A stretch of DNA of 19,514 nt from Candidatus Altarchaeum sp. (lineage in GTDB: Archaea; Altiarchaeota; Altiarchaeia; Altiarchaeales; Altiarchaeaceae), in assembly GCA_018260615.1 (NCBI GenBank), contig JAGWDQ010000119.1, positions 1 through 19,514 of the forward strand, given 5' to 3'. The notes under the pieces were generated by a model. The model made no database searches, was not told the origin of the DNA, and saw nothing but the letters and a program-made list of their open reading frames with translations. Shown in pieces: positions 8,233 through 17,191 of this stretch. Within the stretch, counting starts at the first letter, position 1. The number at the start of each line of letters is the position of its first letter. The translations under genes were made by a program, and so were the position numbers.

Positions 8233-8302
8233 CTGGATGGATTGTTTTAGAAAATAATACAATTTTTTTACATTTCTAAAATTTAACTTCATATTAAAAA
8301 TT

Positions 8303-8830
8303 ATGATTACTGTTTTGCGGCTTGGACATCGTTTTGAAAGAGACAAACGAATTTCAACACATATATGCTTAACCGCACGGGCATTCGGAGCGGATGAGGT
8401 TGTTTTTGATGTCAGGGATGAAAGAGTAGAGGACAGCGTTAAGCGGATTACAGATGAGTGGGGTGGAAATTTTAAGGTAAATTTTACGGAAAATTATAAG
8501 GACTTTATAAAAAATTTTGACGGCGTAAGGGTTCATTTAACAATGTATGGCTTGCAGGTTAATGACATCATCAGAGAAATTTCGGATAAAGTAAGCAAAA
8601 GGAAAAATTTGCTTATAATTGCCGGCGGTCAAAAAGTTGATGCGGAGGTATATTTTCTTACGGATTACAATGTCGCCATAGGAAATCAGCCGCACAGCGA
8701 AGTTGCCGCACTGGCTGTTTTTTTAGATAAATTTTTTGAAGGAAAAGAGACGCAAAAAAAATTTAACGGAAAAATTGAGGTTATTCCAAAAGCACAGGGA
8801 AAGGAGGTCTTAAAAAAAGCGAATATTTAA
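8303..8830 (+). CDS. trm56: Archaeal tRNA (cytidine(56)-2'-O)-methyltransferase (SPOUT)
   Basis: VLRLGHRFERDKRISTHICLTARAFGA, VHLTMYG, GGQKV and VAIGNQPHSEVAALAVFLD. Confidence 0.96.
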   Translation: MITVLRLGHRFERDKRISTHICLTARAFGADEVVFDVRDERVEDSVKRITDEWGGNFKVNFTENYKDFIKNFDGVRVHLTMYGLQVNDIIREISDKVSKRKNLLIIAGGQKVDAEVYFLTDYNVAIGNQPHSEVAALAVFLDKFFEGKETQKKFNGKIEVIPKAQGKEVLKKANI

Positions 8831-8846
8831 GTGAAAATTTAAGTCC

Positions 8847-11432
8847 TTATTCAATCATCCCGATTTCTCCGTCCTTCGGTTCAAAGATTTTTCCCTCTCT
8901 TTTCGCATTTTCAACGAAATTTTTTGCATCCTTTTCGTCAATTCCCTGCTCTATTGCCTGCTTAACAAAGTCCTGTATGAAACAGTGTTTCTTTCCGTTT
9001 TCGGTGAGGTATTCTAAAATTTCCGACAGGTTCTTTATTTTGTCTCTCTTTTCTTTCGGTCCGTAAGATATTCTGTCAACATCTATTTTTCCTGTTTCTT
9101 TATCTCTTGCGATAAGATTCATTGAATATTCCATCAGGCGAATTGCCCTGTTAACATCATCTTCTTCAACAACATTTCTCAGTCGCATTTTTGCACTTGC
9201 ACAACTTATTCGTATTATGCCCTCAAGTTGTCTTGCAGTGATTTGCACCACATCCTTACTGCTTTCTCTTCTTAACTGCAAATAATATTCTTCTATTTTC
9301 TTTTGTGCAACCTCCCCTAACACAGGATTTAAATTTTTTCTCGCATAAGCAATGTACTTTCTTATAAACTCAATATCTATCGGCGGGATAAGTTGTTCCT
9401 CTTTCTTTCCGGAATATGCCATAAGTACATACTTTGCAACCCCCTTGTCTTGTGTACTGTCCATAATATCCCTAAGAGGAAAAATTAAGTCAAATCTAGA
9501 CAACAATGTCGGAGGAATGTTAAACTGGTCAGCTATTGCTTTTTCGCTTGAAAATCTTCCGAATTTCGGATTTGCCGCTGCAAGCACGCATGTTTCCGCT
9601 CTGAATTTTGCAACGATACCTGCCTTCGCGATGGATATGGTTTGCTGCTCTAAGGCCTCATGCATTGCCGCCCTATCTTCATCTTCCATTTTGTCAAATT
9701 CATCAATACAATTATGTACAACAACACTGTCTGTCAGGAAATTATTGTTTCCCGGAACAAATAAGTCATAAACAAACCCTTCATAATGGAACTCGTTGAT
9801 TTCAATGATTTTATTATTCCCCCAATCGGCAACTGCATCTTCTCCTGCGGAAAATTTCTCTGCGGGTTTCCATTCCATTGTGTTGCCATCAAGCAGGAGA
9901 TGGTCAGGTGTTAATTTTATTGAAGAATTATTTTTAAATTTTATCTCCAGCATATTTTCTTTATAAAATTTTCTTCTGATTCTTGTGGCGGTGCTTTCTT
10001 CTACTGAAAGTTCGTCTATATTGTACGAAACAACTGTTAAATTAATCTCTTTAATTTCTTGTATCTCATTAAATTTATCTCGTGCGAGAATATATTCGCC
10101 ATCAAATAGTTCCTCTATTTCTTTTACCTTTCCATTAACTAAAACATTTGTTTTTGGATGTAAGCATGCCAAGCCCCCGGATGCCAATACTAATGCCCCT
10201 GCTTTTAGCACCCACGCACCTTCCGCAAATTCATCTTTCTCTGCGGTAGCAGTCAAGCCGGCTGCACTTGTACCCTTTCCGCTGACATATATACTTTTCG
10301 GTGCAATATTGCTCGCACCAATCAGCAATTTTGACTTTGCAACCCCCGGATCACCGATTAACAACAAATGTGTTTCTCCCCTTGTTTTTGTTTTATCCGG
10401 AAGTTCAAATTTACTCCCTCCGAATAACTGCAATGCCATCACCTCTTTAATTTCTTTATATCCGTATATTGTCGGACTGATAGAACTTACAAATTTTTCA
10501 ACAACATCCGGCGACTTCGCAAATTCCTTTATTTTTTTAATGTCATCTTCCGATAAATCAACCTCTATAAATTCCCTGTCAATGACATTAACATTATTTG
10601 CATCAATAAATTTCCTGTAAACCGCATCATTTATATTTTTCGGAGGAATTAATTTCATCACTCCCGCTACATTTATTATATTTCCCGGCAGTACTTTTCC
10701 GGTTAAATCATCAGTCAGCCATATTTCTATCTTTCTGGCTTCTTCACCACCCCTGAGTACCTCCAGCGGCTCCTGAATCTCTAATCGCTGGATATCCAGA
10801 AATTTACTTTCTTCCGGAAGCAGTTTAAATTTAACTGTTTTTTTGCAGTCGTCACATACGGAAGGAACAACCAAATTTCTGTTTTTTTCCTGATATATCT
10901 CTTTTCTTTTCCCGCATATCGGACACTGAAAAACCCCGACATAAACCTTCGGAAGAACATCACTCACTCTCGTAATAACCCCATCCACGCAAAAAAATTT
11001 ATTTATATATTCGCTTGTTACATCTCGTATATTCACATTAAAGCCCTTAGGCAACATAAACCTGACATGAAATTGGACATCGCCTTCAAAATTTACAGGA
11101 GTATTTTGTTCATTAACCGCTTCTTCAAAAAGTCGTATTACTTTATCCGGGAAGTCAACCAGTTCATCGCATAATTGTGCATTAAATTTAAACAATTCGG
11201 AATAATCAACAAGCAGGGACTTCTTTTTCGGATAGTCCTTTGCAACCTCTAAAAGAGCGTCCTTTTTCAGAGTAATAAATTTCTCTGCTAACGACTTTAT
11301 TTTGTCCTCCGGCATACTTTCTCCGGAATTAGTTATGCTTTCTGCCTCTGCAAAGTTATCCTCTGCAAATTCATCAACAGTATTGCCCGTATTATCCTTA
11401 ATATCCGCATTATTCTTATTTGTCTTGCTCAT
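8847..11432 (-). CDS. mcm: Replicative MCM helicase containing a mini-intein
   Basis: Zn finger CPIC...CDDC, Walker A GDPGVAKS, SGKGTSAAGLTA, Walker B CIDEFDKM, EALEQQTISIAKAG, AAANP and arginine finger LLSRFDL. Likely start ATG 11432 (ORF track TTG 11438). Confidence 0.97.
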   Translation of the reverse strand: MSKTNKNNADIKDNTGNTVDEFAEDNFAEAESITNSGESMPEDKIKSLAEKFITLKKDALLEVAKDYPKKKSLLVDYSELFKFNAQLCDELVDFPDKVIRLFEEAVNEQNTPVNFEGDVQFHVRFMLPKGFNVNIRDVTSEYINKFFCVDGVITRVSDVLPKVYVGVFQCPICGKRKEIYQEKNRNLVVPSVCDDCKKTVKFKLLPEESKFLDIQRLEIQEPLEVLRGGEEARKIEIWLTDDLTGKVLPGNIINVAGVMKLIPPKNINDAVYRKFIDANNVNVIDREFIEVDLSEDDIKKIKEFAKSPDVVEKFVSSISPTIYGYKEIKEVMALQLFGGSKFELPDKTKTRGETHLLLIGDPGVAKSKLLIGASNIAPKSIYVSGKGTSAAGLTATAEKDEFAEGAWVLKAGALVLASGGLACLHPKTNVLVNGKVKEIEELFDGEYILARDKFNEIQEIKEINLTVVSYNIDELSVEESTATRIRRKFYKENMLEIKFKNNSSIKLTPDHLLLDGNTMEWKPAEKFSAGEDAVADWGNNKIIEINEFHYEGFVYDLFVPGNNNFLTDSVVVHNCIDEFDKMEDEDRAAMHEALEQQTISIAKAGIVAKFRAETCVLAAANPKFGRFSSEKAIADQFNIPPTLLSRFDLIFPLRDIMDSTQDKGVAKYVLMAYSGKKEEQLIPPIDIEFIRKYIAYARKNLNPVLGEVAQKKIEEYYLQLRRESSKDVVQITARQLEGIIRISCASAKMRLRNVVEEDDVNRAIRLMEYSMNLIARDKETGKIDVDRISYGPKEKRDKIKNLSEILEYLTENGKKHCFIQDFVKQAIEQGIDEKDAKNFVENAKREGKIFEPKDGEIGMIE
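9711..10166 (-). mobile_element. 152-aa mini-intein (no homing endonuclease) immediately before MCM Walker B
   Basis: ...LASGGLA | CLHPKTNV ... KLTPDHLL (block B TxxH) ... VYDLFV ... VVVHN | CIDEFDKM. Removing it restores the contiguous GGLACIDEFDKM. Confidence 0.95.
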
Positions 11433-11438
11433 TATCAA

Positions 11439-11579
11439 ATTTTATCAACTGTTTTTGTATATTAATTAAATTTTCTTATTTTAATTTTAAGAAATATTTA
11501 TTTTCATAATTCAATAAATTTTAATAAAATTTTAATTGATATAGATTAATAAATTTTCAAAACACTAAACATTCAGTCA
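11439..11579. promoter_or_regulatory. AT-rich intergenic region with presumed divergent promoters for mcm and mod
   Basis: Nearly pure A/T spacer between divergently oriented genes. No individual TATA/BRE element can be assigned uniquely. Confidence 0.4.
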
Positions 11580-14066
11580 ATGACAAAAGAACAAAAATTT
11601 TATAAAGCATTACAGGATGTCTTTATCGGCGCTAAGATTGAAGGCAAAGGCGGATTTATCAATCTGATGCGAATAAAATCAGGATATTATTCCCAGATAG
11701 AAAGACAGCTTCAAAAAGATATAGATAACGCATTAGAAAAGCATCCGGCTTTCAGGAACGAACTTTTTGACAAATTATACTCTTTTTTTAGCAGATATTT
11801 TACGGAAAACGGCTCAATTTATTTCAATTCAACGCCATTTCATAACAACATCTACGAAAAGGTTTATACCGATGAAAAAGATGTCATTCTCTTCTGGAAA
11901 ACGCAGATGCTTTACTATGTCAAAACAGACAGGATTTTCAGGACTGTGCCTGTTGAATTTGACGGATTAAATTTTTATTTTGATGCCTCAAAGATAGAAA
12001 ACAAAAAAGCCAATGAAAAACGCAATATTATTTTTGAATTTTACAAATTGCAGGAAGACGGGACGATTATTTTTTCTGTTGCTTATTCTGAAAAGGGCAG
12101 AATAACGAAACAAGACGAAATATTGAAGGCACTGAAACAAAAAGGAATTATAATAACCGGAGAGCAATTGGAAAAAGCTTTTAAGGTATTTGAAAAACAA
12201 AGTGAAGTGGATTTTTTCATCAACAAAAATGCCAAAGCGTTTTTGCAGGAACAGTTTAAACTTTGGAGCTATCAGTATTTCTGGGACGGGGCAAAGGACT
12301 GGGGTGCGGATAGAGTTAATCAACTGCAAACCTTAAAGGATATTGCTTTCAAAGTTATTGATTTTATCAGCCAGTTTGAAGACGAACTGGTAAAAATCTG
12401 GAATAAGCCAAAATTTGTAAGAAACTCAAATTATGTGATTACTTTGGACAGGATAAAAGACAAAAAGCTGATTGAAAAAATACTCAAAGCGGATGGAGTA
12501 AAATCGCAGATTAAAGAATGGCAGGGCTTGGGAATTATAGATGAAAACTTTAAAGTAAAAGATGTTTTTGAAAATCACCTCACTTCGTTCGGAGATTTTT
12601 CAAATCTCTGCGATTTGAAAAATGGTTTAGAAGGCGAATATTTGAACAAAAAATACGAGCATTTGCCAATTGATACCATATATTTTAAGGACTTAGAAAT
12701 AGAAATTTTGTCTTTGTTTGACAACCTTGACGAATCACTTGATGGCTGGTTGATAAAAAGCGAAAACTATCAGGCATTAAATACAATCCTGCCAAAATTT
12801 AAAGAAAAGGTGCAGACAATTTATATTGATCCGCCGTTTAATACGGGGGAAGATTTTCCTTATGTAGATAGGTTTCAAGATTCAAGCTGGCTGAGTTTGA
12901 TGGAAAATAGAATAAGAATAGCAAAACAATTTTTGTATAAAATAGGAAGTTATTATTTACATTTAGATTCAAATGCGGATTATTATGGAAAAATTTTGTT
13001 AGACAATGTATTTGGAGAAGATAATTTTAGGACAAAAATTACTTGGAAAAGACATACAGGTCCTAAAATACAATCTTTGCATTTTCCCAATATTTCCGAT
13101 TTTATTTTAGTTTACTCAAATAATGAAGGAAAGTGGATATATAATCCTCAATATTTACCATATAAAAAAGAATACTTAGAAAAAATGTATAGATATAAAG
13201 ATAAGAAAGGGACATATAGGATACACGATTTATATGCTCCGGGCGAAGGCCCAGCAAGATTATTTAATGGCAATAAAATTGAACCACCAAAAAGACATCA
13301 CTGGAGTTATACTCAAGATAAAATAGACGAAATGATTAAAGAAGGTGTGATATTTTTTGATAATCGGGGATTTCCAAAATTGAAAGTATATTTGGGAAAA
13401 GGAGAACAAGCAACTAATATTTGGACAGATATAAATGTAATTCAAGGAAGTTCCACTGAGTTCTCAAATTTTCAGACACAAAAACCCGAAAGATTATTAG
13501 CAAGAATATTAGAAGCATCTACTATCAAAGGTAGTTTAATTTTAGACTTCTTCCTCGGCTCTGGCACAACAACCGCAGTGGCGCATAAACTCGGCAGGCG
13601 ATGGCTCGGCGTGGAGATGGGAGAACATTTTTATACCGTAGTTTTACCAAGAATGAAAAAGGTCTTGGCTTATGATAAATCCGGCATCTCAAAGGATGTA
13701 AAAGAATATAAAGGTGGTGGCTTCTTCAAATACTACGAAATTGAACAATACGAAGAAGCGCTGGCAAACTGCAAATATTCTGATGGTAATATATTCACAA
13801 AACCAACCGCATCTTCGTATCAGGAATATGTTTTTATGAAAGATGAGAAAATGCTTTCTGTGTTGGAAATTGATTACAAGAAAAACAAAGTGGAAGTAGA
13901 TTTATCAAAACTCTACTCTGACATTGATATTGCCGAAACTTTATCTAATTTAACTGGCAAATGGATAAAGAGAATTTCAGATGACAAAGTAGAATTTACC
14001 GACGGGACAAAAATAAATACAAATGACTTGGATTACAAACTCATTAAGTCCTTAATCTGGTGGTAA
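11580..14066 (+). CDS. mod: Type III restriction-modification DNA methyltransferase (Mod, beta class)
   Basis: 828 aa. Motif IV IYIDPPFNTG (DPPF at 12828) precedes motif I ILDFFLGSGTT (about 13545), with TQKPERLL in between. The stop is 1 nt upstream of the res ATG. Confidence 0.93.
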   Translation: MTKEQKFYKALQDVFIGAKIEGKGGFINLMRIKSGYYSQIERQLQKDIDNALEKHPAFRNELFDKLYSFFSRYFTENGSIYFNSTPFHNNIYEKVYTDEKDVILFWKTQMLYYVKTDRIFRTVPVEFDGLNFYFDASKIENKKANEKRNIIFEFYKLQEDGTIIFSVAYSEKGRITKQDEILKALKQKGIIITGEQLEKAFKVFEKQSEVDFFINKNAKAFLQEQFKLWSYQYFWDGAKDWGADRVNQLQTLKDIAFKVIDFISQFEDELVKIWNKPKFVRNSNYVITLDRIKDKKLIEKILKADGVKSQIKEWQGLGIIDENFKVKDVFENHLTSFGDFSNLCDLKNGLEGEYLNKKYEHLPIDTIYFKDLEIEILSLFDNLDESLDGWLIKSENYQALNTILPKFKEKVQTIYIDPPFNTGEDFPYVDRFQDSSWLSLMENRIRIAKQFLYKIGSYYLHLDSNADYYGKILLDNVFGEDNFRTKITWKRHTGPKIQSLHFPNISDFILVYSNNEGKWIYNPQYLPYKKEYLEKMYRYKDKKGTYRIHDLYAPGEGPARLFNGNKIEPPKRHHWSYTQDKIDEMIKEGVIFFDNRGFPKLKVYLGKGEQATNIWTDINVIQGSSTEFSNFQTQKPERLLARILEASTIKGSLILDFFLGSGTTTAVAHKLGRRWLGVEMGEHFYTVVLPRMKKVLAYDKSGISKDVKEYKGGGFFKYYEIEQYEEALANCKYSDGNIFTKPTASSYQEYVFMKDEKMLSVLEIDYKKNKVEVDLSKLYSDIDIAETLSNLTGKWIKRISDDKVEFTDGTKINTNDLDYKLIKSLIWW
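12576..12623 (+). mobile_element. 48-bp in-frame inserted element with a 12-bp perfect hairpin (same family as 2934-3015)
   Basis: CACCTCACTTCGTTCGGAGATTTTTCAAATCTCTGCGATTTGAAAAAT. Stem ATTTTTCAAATC (12595-12606) pairs with GATTTGAAAAAT (12612-12623). Encodes HLTSFGDFSNLCDLKN. Confidence 0.65.
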
Positions 14067-14067
14067 A

Positions 14068-17052
14068 ATGGCAGAGAAAAAAGACGAAAAAATTACAAAA
14101 ACAAAAGGAATACTTGAAAAAATTGTAAATAACATTTCTTTTGCTCACCTGCCTGCAAAATGGCAGGGGTTTGACTTTGGTAAATTTTCTCAAAATAAAA
14201 CGCTTTTTGATTTTCAAAAACATGGATTGCAGAATGCTCTTAAAGCACTTTATCTGTTTTATGCTGAAAAGAAGGGCGACAAAAAGTCATTTTTCAGCCA
14301 ATATCAATCCAACGGATTAGGCGAAATTTTTGATTACGACCTTAAGAAAAAACAAGACAGCAAGACCGCTAAATTTTTGTTAGAATACGACAAGGATTAT
14401 CCCGTTACTGATAACAGGATTTCGTTTGAGCATTTCATCAACAGAATGAGTTTCTGGATGGCGACTGGCTCAGGTAAAACGCTGATTATTGTCAAACTGA
14501 TTGAAATTTTAGGTAAACTGATTAAAGAAAAAGAAATACCTGCGAACGATATTTTGTTTTTGGCTCACAGAGACGATCTTTTAGAGCAATTTAAAAATCA
14601 TATAGAGCAATTTAATAGTTTTAACTTTGACACTAAAATAAATCTCAAGAACTTAAAGGACTATGAAAGCGTAAAGCACCAAAACACCATACCTTTCACA
14701 AAAAATGAGATAACTGTTTTTTATTACCGTTCTGATTTAATTTCTGACGAATCTAAAGAAAAAATTGTAAATTTCAAAAATTATGACAATTATGACAACG
14801 GTGGGAAATGGTATATCCTTTTAGATGAAGCCCATAAAGGCGACAAAGAAGACAGCAAAAGGCAAATTCTTTATTCAATCCTTTCCAGAAATGGCTTCCT
14901 TTTTAATTTCTCTGCTACTTTTACTGATCCGCGTGATTATGCAACATGTGTTTTTAATTTTAACCTTTCAAAATTTATTGAAGAAGGATATGGCAAGCAC
15001 ATTTATGTTTCCGGTTCTGAAGTAACGGCTTTCAGAGACAATAATGATTTTTCTAAGACCGAAAAGCAAAAAATTGTTTTGAAAACTCTGATACTCTTGA
15101 CTTATATTAACCAACATTTTGAAAAAGTTAGAAAAGAAAATAAAACGCTTTATCATCGCCCGCTTCTTTTAACTCTTGTTAACTCTGTTAACACAGAAGA
15201 AGCAGACTTGGAACTATTTTTCGCTGAGTTAGTGAAAATTTCCCTGGGCAGTGTTGACAATAGTTTACTGCAAAAGGCCAAAGTTGAGCTTATTGATGAA
15301 TTTGGAAATAATCCTAAATATGAGTTTGAGGAAGATAAAAGTGTTGAAATAGATAAAGAGGATATCAATCAAATTAATTACGAAGACATACTGCGACGGA
15401 TTTTAAATGCGCCCTCATCAGGAAAGATTGAAGTATTAAAAATACCTGGCAATAGACAGGAGCTCATTTTTAAGTTACAAACATCTGACAAGCCTTTTGC
15501 CTTGATTAAAATCGGCGATATTTCTAATTGGCTGAAAGATAAATTGGAAGGATATGAAATAAACGAAAGTTTTGAAAACGAAAGCTACTTCAAGAAACTC
15601 AACAAAGATGATTCTGACATAAATATCCTTATGGGTTCCCGTTCGTTTTATGAAGGATGGGATTCTAACAGGCCAAATCTCGTTTTGTTTGTGAATATTG
15701 GTATAGGACACGACGCGAAGAAGTTTGTTCTGCAGTCAGTAGGAAGGGGTGTGCGAATAGAACCGCAAAAAAATAAACGCAAAAGAATTTTAAATTTATT
15801 TAATGCAAAGGAAATAGACACGGAATTATTTAATAAAGTAGAACATTCTGTTTTACCTCTTGAAAGCTTGTTTATTTTTGGAACAAACGCAGAAAATATT
15901 AAAGAAATAATGAATGTCCTGAAAACAGAAAAAGGTGAAGAAAAGGACTTGGGAAATTTGTTCAGCATCAATGAAGAGGCAGAGAAACACACTCTTCTTA
16001 TTCCGGTCTATAAAGATGCAGATAAAATAATTGCTGAAGAGCAGAAACCTCAGAAATACCCAATAAGCAAAGACGACCTTGAATTGGCGAGTTTGTATTT
16101 TACTTATTTGGGTGAAAAAATCGCTTTAGTTAAATACGAATGTGAGCCAAAAGTTTTAGAAACTATAAAAAAAAGCATCCGGAACAATAGTGAAAAAGAA
16201 AAAAGGTACGATTTTGCAGAAACGAGATCAATTGCTGAGCCCGAATTACTAATTGACCGTATATTAGATTATTTCAGTATGAAGATGCGTGAATTTGAGA
16301 CCTTTAAAAAACTTGAAAATGAAATAGTGCATTTTAAAAATATCAAATTTACAGGTAGCAATGATGAATATGAGAATCTAAAAAAGAAAATAGAAGGAAT
16401 AAAACAATATCCTGAAAAAGAAAAAGAACTTGATGAACAATATGGAAAGATTCCCAGAGAAGAATTTGCCAGAAAACAAATGAGCTTATTCGATTTTGGA
16501 AGTTTTGAATTGAAAAACCAAAAAATTAAAATCAGGTATTTAGTTAATCATTATTATCTGCCTGTAATCGTTTCTGAAAAGGATAAAGTGGATTATCTCA
16601 ATCATATTATTGATGTGAAAAGTGAGATTGATTTTATAAACAAGCTTGAAACGCATCTTGAAAGAAGTAATAACACTTTCAGGCAATTTGACTGGTGGAT
16701 GTTTTCCAAACTGGATGAAACAATAGATGAAGTGCATATTCCGTATTACAGCCCAAACGAGAACGCAATGGCAAAATTTAAGCCGGACTTTATTTTTTGG
16801 ATGCAGAAAGGGAACGAATACCTTATTTTGTTTGTTGATCCAAAAGGAACGATTTTTGCTGACTACCAGCAGAAGGTGGATGGACATAAAGAGATTTTTG
16901 GGAATAAAGTTTTTCAGCATAAGGGACAAAATATTTCTGTCAAATTGCTTTTCTATACAAATGATATTTCTAAGGTTGGAGAAAGTTACAGAAAATATTG
17001 GTTTGATAATTTTACTGATTTTGAAAATAAAATTAAGGAGGTTATATCTTGA
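14068..17052 (+). CDS. res: Type III restriction endonuclease/helicase subunit (Res)
   Basis: 994 aa with Walker A MATGSGKT, DEAH box LLDEAHKG, FSATF, EGWD, QSVGRGVR and C-terminal PD-(D/E)xK nuclease FKPDFIF...FVDPKG. Confidence 0.93.
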   Translation: MAEKKDEKITKTKGILEKIVNNISFAHLPAKWQGFDFGKFSQNKTLFDFQKHGLQNALKALYLFYAEKKGDKKSFFSQYQSNGLGEIFDYDLKKKQDSKTAKFLLEYDKDYPVTDNRISFEHFINRMSFWMATGSGKTLIIVKLIEILGKLIKEKEIPANDILFLAHRDDLLEQFKNHIEQFNSFNFDTKINLKNLKDYESVKHQNTIPFTKNEITVFYYRSDLISDESKEKIVNFKNYDNYDNGGKWYILLDEAHKGDKEDSKRQILYSILSRNGFLFNFSATFTDPRDYATCVFNFNLSKFIEEGYGKHIYVSGSEVTAFRDNNDFSKTEKQKIVLKTLILLTYINQHFEKVRKENKTLYHRPLLLTLVNSVNTEEADLELFFAELVKISLGSVDNSLLQKAKVELIDEFGNNPKYEFEEDKSVEIDKEDINQINYEDILRRILNAPSSGKIEVLKIPGNRQELIFKLQTSDKPFALIKIGDISNWLKDKLEGYEINESFENESYFKKLNKDDSDINILMGSRSFYEGWDSNRPNLVLFVNIGIGHDAKKFVLQSVGRGVRIEPQKNKRKRILNLFNAKEIDTELFNKVEHSVLPLESLFIFGTNAENIKEIMNVLKTEKGEEKDLGNLFSINEEAEKHTLLIPVYKDADKIIAEEQKPQKYPISKDDLELASLYFTYLGEKIALVKYECEPKVLETIKKSIRNNSEKEKRYDFAETRSIAEPELLIDRILDYFSMKMREFETFKKLENEIVHFKNIKFTGSNDEYENLKKKIEGIKQYPEKEKELDEQYGKIPREEFARKQMSLFDFGSFELKNQKIKIRYLVNHYYLPVIVSEKDKVDYLNHIIDVKSEIDFINKLETHLERSNNTFRQFDWWMFSKLDETIDEVHIPYYSPNENAMAKFKPDFIFWMQKGNEYLILFVDPKGTIFADYQQKVDGHKEIFGNKVFQHKGQNISVKLLFYTNDISKVGESYRKYWFDNFTDFENKIKEVIS

Positions 17053-17105
17053 TGCTTGCTGACCAGGAGATTTTTTTATCGTACAGGAAAGTTCGTTTTA
17101 TTATC

Positions 17106-17175
17106 CTCACACGGAGACACCGAGACACAAAGGAGTTATATTCTGTAACTTGGTGACTTTGTGGCTTTGTGTGAG
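17106..17175. repeat. REP-like imperfect inverted repeat built from 8-bp units, between convergent res and tyrA
   Basis: Left arm CTC-ACACGGAG-ACACCGAG-ACACAAAG (17106-17132) and right arm CTTGGTGA-CTTTGTGG-CTTTGTGT-GAG (17149-17175). 20 of 27 positions are Watson-Crick complementary, with a 16-nt spacer. Confidence 0.8.
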
Positions 17176-17191
17176 CATTTTTTATTAAAAT

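Noticed and set aside
11439-11579. Replication origin next to mcm
   Set aside because: It is AT-rich, but I see no ORB-like repeats and no cdc6/orc1 gene. Divergent promoters explain it.
11580-12000. Phase-variable simple sequence repeat in mod (phasevarion)
   Set aside because: There is no long homopolymer or short-unit SSR tract, only A/T runs typical of this genome, and the ORF is intact.
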